From NCBI GenBank assembly GCA_002633005.1, contig NMRA01000119.1, positions 797,950 through 861,949 of the forward strand: a DNA stretch of 64,000 nucleotides, given 5' to 3'. Below, one piece after another: positions 12,611-24,700 of the stretch (position 1 is the first letter of the stretch; each line of letters begins with the position of its first letter). Below the pieces are notes generated by a model, which was not told where the DNA came from, ran no database searches, and was given only the letters and a program-made list of their open reading frames with translations. Origin of the DNA: Phoronis australis (taxonomy: Eukaryota > Animalia > Phoronida). A program made the position numbers and the translations under genes.

Positions 12611-15072
12611 GTTCTAAGGCAACTTGTAGTGTGGGTATGGCTTAGTGCTCCGGGACTTAGTTTTAGAAGATCGTAGCCGTGGAGTCGGTTTCAATTACCC
12701 TCTCACCGTCGTTACCGGTTTAAAGTCCGCCGAATCTTTCCCGGTTAGCTGCTTTTCTGTTTGCAGCTGCCACGTCGAATATTTGGAAAGGTTTTGAGGA
12801 GTCCGGGCGCTTTTTTGATTGGGCACGGTATTAAGACCAGTTGAACCAATTTTTGAAGTCTCTCTATAACTGGGTTTTGATTTACTTTCGATAATATTGT
12901 TTTTGTTCCACTAATTCACGTATAGCAGAAACAAGGGAGTACAGGCAGGTCCACTAAGCTACGTTCCCTGTAGAAAAACAAGACACCATTGTAGGCGACT
13001 TATGAATGACATGCCGTCATTTTACTAACGGGTAGCTGCTTGCAGAATTCAATATCACTCAATGTAATCTGTAGAAGTTTCACACCGTCAGTGATGATAA
13101 TTATCACTGAGAATCTGCTCACAATATTGCTCATATTCTGTTTGAAATAACTGAAATCCTTGAAAACGTCAGGTCCATATCGCCGGGGCCGAAATTCTCC
13201 TGCATGCTCACCGGTGACCAACATGTGACAACGGGACGCCGCGGAAGTTTCGGTTGGTTTTATTTTGAATTATGGGTACTGTTTGACATCTAAATCCATT
13301 TATTTCCACTTTTTGATATTCGTTTTTAGTTGCACAGTTTCAACGTGTTCGTGAGAATCAAGAGTTTTATAGGTGCTTGCTGTCGCCATGTTTTCCAGAT
13401 TAGGATTTTTATGAGTTGTTCATCTGCTAGTCTCCTGGTAGCGCGTATTCACTCAGTTTATGTGATCATACACCAACATCTTGGCTTTCAAAATTGTCAA
13501 TACTTATGTTTCTCATTACTTTTCTGATTTACGATCACGTGAATGTATGAATTTATTTTGTTGACAGAGTGACATTTTTCCCGCTTTGCTTTTCTGTAGG
13601 TAAAACGAGTCCACGGTTCATGTTTACTGCTTTTAAATCTAACTTTAAATAAGGATTGACTTGAATTGTTTTAAAAAGGTTTGGATTAACTAGCAAAGAT
13701 GTATGGTAAACGTTTAAATATTTTGGACACTGTGGGCGTGAGGGCGTACTTTTAAGATTATGCAACGTGACGACACTTATCTTAAACACTATTTAATGAC
13801 AAACAAAACTGTGAGTACAAATGACTTAACAACATTTGCTACTTGAGTGGCTGGTGACTGGGATGGGAGAGTCCCATTAGTTAAATTCCAATTGCATTAT
13901 TTGAATAAACTTCAGCGTTGATATCAATGTGATTCGACTGAAACTCATGTAAAGACAACAGCGAGAATTGACGATTTTTAATGATATCAGAAATCCAGAA
14001 CAGATTTTGTTATTTTGTAGCTCTGGTCAAAGCTATTAACTGCAAAACAACTGCACCTTCCAACAATAATACCAAAAAAGATTTTTGTACGTGATACATC
14101 GAAACGAACTATGATCTTTGATCCAGATACAAATACCCTCAAAGCCGCATGTCCTTGCTTAATCTTACAACAATCACTGATCAATTTTCCTCAATTTTTC
14201 TTACAGAATGCAGGGAAGCGAGGCTTTGGCGATTTTTTGTACCCGGACAAAAGGTCATGGTTCGCTATGATGTATTAAAGACGAAAAATTCGGTTTAATA
14301 TAAATTTTAGCCGCCTTTTTCGCCAAACTCGGCTCCATCAAGTATAGCTACACTTCAATTTTAAAAAATTTCCTCATGAGTCGCAATAGACATTTTGGCT
14401 ATTGTTAAATGGAGAGTTAGATTAAATTGTTTTTCGAACTATGTGGATTATATACTGGTTAACAGTGTTCAGAAACGAAATGCTACTGTTAAAATACTTA
14501 CGCTCAAATCGTTTCGCTATCAGATTAATGCAGAATTACATAATCGGTGTTATCTTAATCTCCCCAGAAATCCCATACGGTAAATGGACAATACTGGTCC
14601 CACCCAATCATTTGGCGTATTATTTCTGTTGAAAGACAGAAAATCTGCTCCGAATATAAAAGCATGTTCTGAGCAAGTTGCGTACTTTGAACCCAATGGC
14701 AGAATTTTTTTGAATCAGAATCAACTGTGGCGGTAGTCACCAGGTGGCGAGACGGTCTCGCCCTCAAGTTGGCTTACCAGCAACTACCCGCTAACAACTG
14801 TCGTGGGCAGTCAGGTACGGTCAAAAGTAGTTCGGCAAAGACACAATTGAATATTTTGCGTGAAAGGGAAGCAGAAGAAATGAAGCCCAGTCAAACTTGG
14901 ACACTTGGTCTTGCTTTTGATGTCCGCTATTACAAAATGTCATGCGTTTTCGTCTGAAGATTAAAACGTACCTAATGTGATTGCACGTGGAAATAATCAA
15001 TAAGGTAATACACGCTATTGTTACGTAACGGAAGTAAATGACCGCAGCGCCTGCCGGGTGCAAGTGATACCT

Positions 15073-15221
15073 GCCCGGTTCAGTAACGCTAGGACCTAGC
15101 TAAAAAGCAAGACTTCAGGAGATTACGTGAGATATTGCCATGTATTTTGAATTAGAACACGTGACTTTGACTAGATTTTAGCTAGGTCCTAGCGTAGGTC
15201 CTAGCCTTACTGGACGCACGC
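15073..15221. mobile_element. Family B MITE (GTTCAGTAACGCTAGG TIRs)
   Basis: Closely similar to 34937-35088 and to the ends of 32717-33340. TIR is gttcagtaacgctaggacct / aggtcctagccttactggac. Confidence 0.85.
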
Positions 15222-17680
15222 TTGTTGTTGAATTCTGGCTTCTCGTTTGTTAAGTGCTGGGACATGTTTTTCAAAAAGTTTATTACGGATGATTTAAACC
15301 TGTTTAACAGAAAATCTCTGTTTAACTCGAAGACAAAATGAGCAGTCTGTTCGAATACACAGCAGGCACAACGTTTGGAGAAACGCAAATTTAAAGACTA
15401 GTTTTTTTTGCAAAGCCTTGACTCTCGCGAAACATTAACGTCGAGAAATCTTCGCTTATGGAACGGAAACAGTGAATTTTGTCCCACAATTCAAAATGCC
15501 GACATTACCTACCAATCAGTGACCGCCATTTTGCTAGGATGCGCTAGTAATGATACATTGGTCCCATCGATTGATAGCTATCTCCGATGTCCGCATAAGC
15601 AGTTGATTTTTCTTCGGGTCAGTCGTAGCGTTTGGTGATTTTTATGCCAAAACTACCTTGTGCTCTCTACAGTCGTCCGAGTATCGGCTGAAATGGCCAT
15701 TTTTCAGCAACAAACTTATTGGATCGGCGTCGAATATGGCTTATTATGTGTTGCAAATTCACTGTTCTCAACATTTATGTTTGATAAGGTTACTTTTTTA
15801 TCCCATACGCGTTGAATCAGTCGAGTGCAATACGGCCATGTGGTGTTGTTTTCCGTATTCACCTCTCGCACTACTTCAACAGAGACCTCTGACATGAATG
15901 TTCAAACGGCAATGGACGATATTTCGTAAGTCCGCTCAAAAACAACCGCGACAAAAAACCGTTTGAAATGAAAATTGAAAATTATTGGCGCGTCAAGTAG
16001 AAAGTAAGTATCGAATGTAACATTAGCAGGTATTGTTAAAATGTCACGTAGGTGAGGGCAACGAAGCACAAAAAGTTACCACGGGGACGTTCTTTAAGAG
16101 TCAAATGGAAATTTGGTGTATGTCACCCAGAAGCATATGAGTTACTGCAGTTGCGTAAATCATGATTACAAATCGACATTCTTACTCAAAGGAACGTCCC
16201 AAGCCCGAGGGCAGAGTGTTTTTCTACATTTTGAACTTCGAATTGCGCTGAACAGGTGACAGATCACTTCGACAGTTGTCTGGGAAACCCCCGCCCAGGA
16301 ACAGCCCTCGAAAATTATCGGTTATCGGATGAATTTACGAGTTAAAGAAGTGGCAGAAATGATGTTTCGTTTGAGTCCTTGTTATCCTCAGTCTGTCAAA
16401 AAAATCAGAATTTATGCTCAATCCATCGACTTAGTCTGCTCGTGTTGCAGAAGCCGCAAGCCATAAAATCAATTCTCAATAGATCGAGTTGCATTCTTAT
16501 ACATTTCTCAATATCAACCAAATGGAATTTATGGATGTTCATTGACCAACACATATGGAATGTTCCAGTATTACTTCTTTTTGTTACTTAAGGAGAAGTC
16601 GTGCTACTTGATCATTTCTTAACACAGGAAAGATTGTTGTATCGCGCCAAATTTGAAAGGAAGCGAATTGCAACCTTTACAAATATCAGGTTTGCCTGGA
16701 TATTTCATGATGGGCCTTTGAAACAAGATTGTCTCCAAAAGAGGTCTCAGCGGGTCTATATTTCGAATATAGCTATCAGTCGGTCCGTGGTCTTGCATTT
16801 GGGGCGCCCATCGGACATTTGTGGTAGTATTGAATTCGTACGGAGCAAACAAACGTTGGTGCAACTAAAGAACCGTTTTTCTTCAAAACTCCGATTCCAA
16901 ATTATTAGTATGCCTACTGCTTGGAACGCTACAATAGGCCATATCTCGCGAGAGTACAGCGATATTAAGTTCCACCAGTGTCCAGCCATTCAAATCATTA
17001 AGCCATTCGTCAAGAATGGAGCAGGACGCTCACGAAGGCTTAAGGATTTTTAGTAAGTACCATAGTTCAGATGAAAAGATTTCATTTCTTTGATTATGAA
17101 CTTTCCTGGATGGAAAAAGATTTACATTAGAAGTAACTAACTTTGAATGGCATCAACACTGCGCGCATCTGATATGGCTGCATAAAGATTAATACTCGAT
17201 TGATAACTACTGTCGTATGTCAAGGTTCCATTGTTGACTTAGACTGACGTCGTGCAGCAGTCAAATTTATCCAAGGGGAACGTTTTTATTTCTGTTCTGT
17301 CCTGTCCTGTTGTCGCTATCTTCAAAATACATTTCAAATGACACCAGAAAATGGCTTTCGCTTTTGATTAGCCTGAAACGTTCGCTTAGTTTATAAATAC
17401 CGTTCAGGAACTGTAACTCCCACGCACCATTATATCACGCTGACTTCCCAAAATTTCCGACAGAGTGTTGTAATTCTGACTTTTCTCTTTTAAAAATAGT
17501 GTCACGGACATGAGCTTTCAGTTGGATTGAACTAACCCCTGAAAGTGGAGAGGGATTGTGGGTTCGAGTAGGTGATCTTGGTGATTTGAAATGTGTGGTA
17601 TACGTCAGAGAAACTTGAACGATATCATAGTCATAATCAGTCATGTACCGTTTCAAGTTTAATTGCGTAGCATTTAATGT

Positions 17681-17686
17681 TTTATT
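17681..17686 (-). promoter_or_regulatory. Candidate polyadenylation signal of the GPCR gene
   Basis: AATAAA on the minus strand about 105 nt after the GPCR stop codon. Confidence 0.45.
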
Positions 17687-17791
17687 GGTGACAGAAAACT
17701 AAAGGATTTTCCGTTGCGATTAAAGAGTTGGCATCAAGAATTTAGCACAAGGTTCATTTTTTGTCCCAAAGCGTTCTTGTTTCAACCGTTT

Positions 17792-18901
17792 TTACAACTG
17801 ATCGTCTGTCACGGTGGCATCTTCGTCAGTAATTAACAGTTCGTTTTTCTTCCAAAAGCACGTGGATTTGAACAAGGCGAACATCTCAGGCCGAAAGTTC
17901 TGCGACGCCAAAAGATACACTACAAGGAAACAAGAATGGTTGAACATAATCAGGAAGTCTCCGATGAACTCGTTAAGAATGAACTCTTCGACGACGCTTA
18001 CCGGACATTGAGAGTAAGCTTCCATAGCATAGCATATGGTTTGTGGTAGTGTACAAAACAAGCATATCGACGAGATGCCGTTGAGGGTGATTACCGTAAC
18101 TTGCGGGTGTGTTTGATTTTCAATGTCTTGTGAAGCATTGCCGTCTTGAGTGCGGCGGCATATGTCTCGATACGCTTCAGCAGGGTTACAACATTTTTCC
18201 CATATCAAGATCACCACACCAGACAAAGTAACGAAAACAAATGGGAAGATGGAGTAAATAACAGCGTGAACCCACGCGATACCATAAAGGATGGGATATG
18301 TGTCGTAGTCGTACTGACATTCGTTCTTGTACACAGCGACTGTCCAAAAGTTATGAAGACTGAACCCCGACAGAAGTCCTACAAGACCGAACATGACGCC
18401 AAGTGACTTCCTTGGTTTTAGCCACGTCTGTGTCCGCTGGTGATTTGGAAACATCAAGCAGACTATGTTTTCCACCGTTATCACGATGAGCAGAGATGAC
18501 GACGAAAACTTTGCCGTGCTGTCCAAAAACCGAAAAAAGCGACATTGCGTCACGTTGACACCCGTTAAGTACTGCATGACGCGACTGGCCAGACACGTTA
18601 CAAGAACAGTACTGTTGAATATTCCAATGCCAATCAAGTACAAATAGGAAGATCTTGCCTTATGACGTTGCCTTCGGACCAGAACAAGGATGCCTAACAG
18701 GTTGTTGACTGCACCTATGATTACGAATAACACTCCAAAAATGAGAGTGAAATCTGTCACAAGCTCTCCAAGATACATGTTCTTGCTGTCAAGGACAGTC
18801 AGATTTTGTTGCTGGTTCAGGCCCCAAGGACGAGGCAGGTAAGTCAGGTTCTTCATTTTGGCAGCTGTGGTGAAGAACTCTGGAAATGAAATATGGGTCA
18901 T
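17792..18901 (-). CDS. Class A (rhodopsin-like) GPCR, peptide/FMRFamide-receptor-like, single coding exon
   Basis: 369-aa uninterrupted ORF with seven hydrophobic segments and N-terminal NLT sequons. Motifs: TM1 GAVNN; TM2 SSYLYLIGIGIFN; TM3 Cys (TQCRF) and ECL2 Cys (NECQY); TM5 YSIFPF; TM6 FCTLP; TM7/H8 NHSCFLVVYLLASQNFR. The true start may be the second Met at 18856 (gccaaaATG). Confidence 0.92.
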   Translation of the reverse strand: MTHISFPEFFTTAAKMKNLTYLPRPWGLNQQQNLTVLDSKNMYLGELVTDFTLIFGVLFVIIGAVNNLLGILVLVRRQRHKARSSYLYLIGIGIFNSTVLVTCLASRVMQYLTGVNVTQCRFFRFLDSTAKFSSSSLLIVITVENIVCLMFPNHQRTQTWLKPRKSLGVMFGLVGLLSGFSLHNFWTVAVYKNECQYDYDTYPILYGIAWVHAVIYSIFPFVFVTLSGVVILIWEKCCNPAEAYRDICRRTQDGNASQDIENQTHPQVTVITLNGISSICLFCTLPQTICYAMEAYSQCPVSVVEEFILNEFIGDFLIMFNHSCFLVVYLLASQNFRPEMFALFKSTCFWKKNELLITDEDATVTDDQL

Positions 18902-19984
18902 TACTAGAAGTGCAAATCAACATACGTGTGATAGTGACGTGCTATAAAAGCTTTGAGGAATCCAGTTGGGGTAACAAAATGGCCAAGCTGAATTACGTCG
19001 CTAATTCAAGTAAGCGAATTTTTCTGTATTTAGTGTAGTGCTATATTTTATGTCGTATGATTTAAAATTTTAAAAATGTACTTTTTGCAGGGATTGGACC
19101 TGGTTATGTATTGGTTTATGCCGCTTCTTATCCATGCTTGTAAATCGTATGCGTTGTTGGAGGACAAAGAGTTTGGCAAGTTACCCGGCGGGACTGTAGC
19201 ATTCAACGTAACACAGGTCAGATGTGGAAAGTTTCATTGGTAGACTGTTTATGTTATTTATTCTATGACATAGTTTTGACAAAAGTGTAAAGATACACCA
19301 TGTGGTTTCCTTGCTTCAGATCCGTTGTATTGACAGACATTTTCACAAGTAACCGAGTGTAACAATAAACTTGATTTTTATTACTGTTGCAATGCTTTTG
19401 ACCTGGTTAGGAATTAGGATACTTGATAAATTCTATTTATAAATAGTATGTTAGGGTAAATGAGAATTCACTCGACGATATTACACATCTTTAGTAACAG
19501 TTTGAGTAAATTATGTCTTCTTTGTCTTCTTTTAGTGACATCGTCCTTTGCTTGGTCGACCATCTTGTGGTCTCGAGTGTCATTAGATTGGTTACGTGTA
19601 AATTACGTTTATTTGTAAATTGGTTATGTATATGTGGAATTGTCTCTACACTTGCGTTTCACGGTTGTTTAAGCTGTGTACTTTGATTGTGCGTCATTGA
19701 CGTAATTGTTGTAGGTCTAATTGTAATCTTTTGACTAGACAAAAACTTTTTAGATGGCGAGTTGCAGCCATCATGGTTATTGAGATGTTATTAAAGTGAT
19801 TAATTATATGTAACTTAATGAAGATCAATGATTGCTGTGCCAGGTGTTGCTTCCTTTCTGGAATCGACACGCTAACATATTCGTTTTTGTCACACAGTTG
19901 GGACCGTTCACAATTATGGTCGTGCGCTTTTCCAGAAATCACCCCTCTCTCCACCAAAAACGTACAAGAATGGCAATATTTAAA

Positions 19985-20220
19985 CAAATATATTTGCAGA
20001 CGCTCTGGTACACGTTGTACCAGACGTGTTCGGGACGCTCAGGTAGGCCCATTGCACTGATCGCCTGGAACCAGTTTAATGATTGATTAATACATAGTTA
20101 AAATGGAGCTGAGGAGTTGGAGACCTGACTCAAGGGTCTAGCAGCGAGCCTCAGTGGGACTCGAACCCACGACCTTTAGTATAGGAAGCGGACACATATC
20201 CGAATAGGTCACACTGCCTC
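19985..20220 (-). mobile_element. tRNA-derived SINE
   Basis: The minus-strand head has an A-box-like TGACCTATTCGG and a B-box GGTTCGAGTCC. A CORE-like CCCTTGAGTCAGGTC segment follows, then a 3' stem-loop (TGGTACA-acg-TGTACCA) reminiscent of LINE-derived tails. Confidence 0.7.
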
Positions 20221-21599
20221 CTCCATGCGATACGTTTTTGTATCTGTTTAAACAGAAAGAGGCTTTACAGTTCAATGCCAGTATTGGTTTATACAGTGGC
20301 GCGGTGTAAAAATAAATTATGGCGACGTTTCTGCTATTGGTTGTTTCGTGGCATTTTTAAAAAGGATGACTTCTGTTATTTGACATCGCCATTTTTATAA
20401 CGTCAAAAGCGTGCGCTAGCAGTAACTCTCGACACCCTCTCGACCCCCACCCCCACCCCCTCCAAAAAAGCGTTCGGCCTGTACGCTCGTGAAAATGTTT
20501 ATAGTTGTGAACAGTCCCTAAATGTACATTGAGGGCAGTTTAGTTAATTTGACTATCACGTTGGAACATTCTGTTTCACACAATGATGACTATCAAAGGA
20601 TTTGATTTTATGCTACGAAGGTCACAGAATGTCGAGTCGTGAAACGAGGCAAATTAACCCTTCTTGTTTTCTGTGGTTAGAATAGAGCTCGTAAGTGTTA
20701 TTTGTGGCTTACTGAACCACTTCATTTTTATCTTACCCAGTCTTACTTTGAAGTTGGCTGTTTTAGGCTAACCCATGAAGAAACAGGTATAACACTTACA
20801 TTTTACCTGATTTTTAAGTGCTGTCTTTTCAATATTGCACATGTACCTGTCGATGTACCAATGCAACACCAGCACCAAACCGGACCAAAGACCTTGCTTC
20901 GTCGTGTTTACGAGCACTGCATCACTTACAACTCCGGGGCGATTTCAACATGTTACTCAGAACATGATGCCCTGGTTGCACAGAGTGTCTAGAAAACTGA
21001 ACTATAGAAATTTGGAGCAATGACGTAAAACAGAGGCGTTTGTTAATTGTCCACGCAGTTCCTACGTCACCAAATTCGTTGCAGCTTGAATATCACTGCG
21101 CCGACGTCATGAGGGCGCCGATGGCCGACGACAACTGGGCATTGTCGGGAAAATCTAGGACAAACGCATAGCCATCGAAACCTAGCAAGAACTCAGCCTA
21201 ACGGAACGCTACTCGGGCAGGTCGAAAGACGTTCTGGCAGTTCTTGCCAACAAATGCGCTTCAGCTACTTGTAGTACTCGACTGGCGATATCGTGGCGAC
21301 AAATATTTTGACCAATGAGAACAGCGATAGGAGTCGCGTATGAGACCTGCAGGATTTGTTCTGGTGTGAGACGTGTCATGTTTTTACAAAGCACGAAGTA
21401 TTTCTTAATTTAATAACAAAACGACTGTGTTATAAATAACATCAAATAAATTTAATTTCGCGTCTCCATAATGTTAACCAATAGTGCCACAACCAAGCGT
21501 TTTTAACTCAAGAAAATAATTTACATCAATCCGCTTGGCGGACGCGCGATCGGTGGATTTCACGATTATAAAATGTCCAGCAAAAATAGAGTCTTAGCC

Positions 21600-21716
21600 C
21601 TAATTAAATTCCAGTTTTCCAGTAATGAAGTTTCCTAGAGCGCACTCGTCCTCTGATGTGTAAAACTGTTTGTTGAGCTCTCTGAACCTGGTCATGTCAA
21701 TTCTTGTTTCGCTGTT
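21600..21716 (-). CDS. Calexcitin-like gene, exon 6 (last coding exon)
   Basis: Acceptor tttcag, then NSETRIDMTRFRELNKQFYTSEDECALGNFITGKLEFN*. Confidence 0.92.
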   Translation of the reverse strand, partial: NSETRIDMTRFRELNKQFYTSEDECALGNFITGKLEFN

Positions 21717-24700
21717 CTGAAATGGAATCAACGTCATATATTTCTCAATGAATTCATCAGGATGATCGAGTAGAATTGCACTGATTAATGTTGTCTTTCT
21801 GTCCAATAATCATAAATACCTTCAGACGTTTTCGGCAACTGTTGTTTTGTGCTGTTGCCTTCACATGCGATTGAGAAGTGGCGAGTATTCATCGTACATA
21901 CTGTGTGCTGCGCCATCTATCAATCGCTGCAGAAGGCAACACTAAACGGCATTCAGCTGTTGCACAAAACGTTTGAAGGTTTGATATTTGTGGCAATTGG
22001 ATGAAATAAATACAAATTCACCGTTATACCACCTTCAAATGAAAGTAACCACGTGCGTAAAATGTATAGATGTTAGTTAAGGGACATTTCCTGCTTTTAA
22101 GCTCCACCAAATATGCAAATTGTAAACCAAGTTTCTCATATAACCGAAATGCATGTAATCTTTTATGCCCTGGTAGAGATAATGTTTCCATTCCGAAACA
22201 AGTTATCCATGGCATCGTTAAGTACAAGAGCGTGGTAATGCTAGCAGTTTTCTCAGGGTTGACCATTCTCGCCGAAATTGGGAAGTTTCACGTCAATCGT
22301 TGGTGACCGCTTTGTTTTGATGATAGAAGCCGATTACTGTCATGACATGGAACATCTTGAGGCAGAATTTTTAGAATCAATAATCACCAGTTATTTCCAT
22401 TTCTTATAATGAATATTTTTGGAGAAATTTCATAACGCCATCCCAATTCTTCACAGAATTCAAGGATGGTCGCGTTTTAAGTAATTCACCTGCAAACTAA
22501 TGGCACGAAATGGCTCACGAGCGTCAAGGGAAATTTCTATGTTTTTGTTTAAGTTAGAGAAGGCTATTACCACATGTCCGTTGAATAAAAATTACCTAAC
22601 CGTGGTATTATGTTGGTGTTTTGGAAATTTGGCCAATTAATTTATATGTTCCGTGACAAGTAAAATGAAGTAAGAAACGTTAAATAGTTAATAGGCATAA
22701 TATAAGTAGATTGAAGCCATTGGTAATCCCAAAGCAGCTTATTTTGTGACTTGCACTTTTTGTTGTAGGTATGGAGGAAATGGCGAGTTATTGAATTTAA
22801 AACGACATGTGCAGCATAAACACGCCGTCACATCAAAGGGCAAATCTGACGTTTGACCCTTCGTTCGAAAACAGTTCACACGTGAACGCTCGTAAGATGT
22901 CTGATCTGCCTCACCGTCGTCTGCCGCCAAATCAGACGGCAGATACCTTCATATGTTCGTGAGAAGCCCACATTACAATGACGTGTTTTCTGGCAAATGA
23001 AAGTCGCACGTGATTGGTCACAATATTAGCATTTTGCATATTGTTATGGTAATTGCAAGTTAGACGGCAGATAGGACGCCTTCAATATATTTTAATCGTT
23101 TGATTTGTCATCCGATCAGACGTTCTATCTGTCTTCTTATAAGAATTCCACACCTGGACAAGGTAATAAAAGCAGTTTTGCTTTTAGCCCAAACACTGAC
23201 CCCTTTTTACGTGCGCATGGGAAATATGGAAACTCCCTGGTGTGGAATCTTCGCAGTTGATTCGCTCACGCTCAAACACCTTTTTGTTATCGATTGTTGG
23301 GCGATGTTTATGTGAGAATTGTCTGAACATAGGCCTACGTCAGAGTTTAAGTAGAAAATAAATCTGAAACTAAATAAGGCGATCCAAATCCTCCCAAGGA
23401 TACTATTGTTTCACGAAATGTAGAATATAAATAGGTAAATAAAACAACAAGAATGGATCAACTGAATTTTCGGATATAATAACGTCCTTCGTCAACAGAA
23501 ATAGAAACAAAGAAAAATCAACACTATATGACAATTGACATTTAAGATGTGGCATAATGAATATGATACATATCTTAAATGTCAATTGTCCTATAGTGTT
23601 TGATTTTACTTTATTTCTGTTTCTGTTGACGAAGGACGTTATCATATCCGAAAATTTCAGTTGATCCATTCTTGTTGTTTTATTTATCTACTTATATTTC
23701 ACAGTTTACGAAATGGTAAGGGATGCTATGGCAACTTACCTCAGAAAATATAAGAAAGGCCCTCCGACATTCTGCTGGAGGAATCCCGAAGTCTGATAAC
23801 ACGTATTCGAATTCTTCAATATCAATATGTCCATCAGCTGAAACAAACTATCATGTAAATCGCTGCTGTTTGGCCTGCACGTATGCACTGGAAAGTAATC
23901 TTTGTAAGAGCCCACTGAACCACCACGGTAGCTAATATTGCAATCTCGAACCATTAGAAAGTGACGTAACGGCCCCGTAAGAGGCCTGCAACTTGATTGC
24001 TTTTTGTCCGGTGAGTGCAGGTCTCAAAATGAATAGGACTAAACATGCACATATTTCGCTATTTTCGGGATTCTCATAATTTTAAATAACAAATTTAGTG
24101 TAGCACTTTTGTAACATTGTGATTGTATTTAGATGTTTTATCATCTAATCTAACATAAAAGTTAGGTTAGACATTTCACGTTCGATAGAAATTAACTTCT
24201 CATATACCCGACAGGGGACTCTGGTTTCGTGAAATAACCTGACTTGACATTCATTGAATTGGAGTATGCTGATGGTCATTAAGATATTGTTATTCACAAC
24301 CTACAATTCCCCAGTATTTGTTCATGGCGTTTTATTATACATTTCAATATCAAGGGCATGGCTAGACATCCTTAACAAACAGGCACTTAACCCCGCGGCC
24401 CAATTAAGAATTGTTCTTTTTATCTATATGGGCATTTACATCAATACTGCCTGGTACAAAAAACGTGACTGGACTTTAAAAAAAACAAAAAAAACAACAA
24501 CAAACACGTGACTCGAGCGAGAATTGTGATTTTGACCACTTACCGCTACGAAATTGATCTCAACGCGTTCCCTACTCAGTGATTACTGGATTTTCAAGGA
24601 AATGGCAGTTCGTTATTCCTCGACGCGTAAAATGACATGCCGTGACAAGTCAACTTGTGAAGCTTTTTTTCGAGCGTTTATTCAGAAATAATTTGAGACC

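Noticed and set aside
20150-20220. Possible tRNA gene
   Set aside because: A and B boxes are present but there is no proper acceptor stem or cloverleaf, and the sequence continues into a SINE body.
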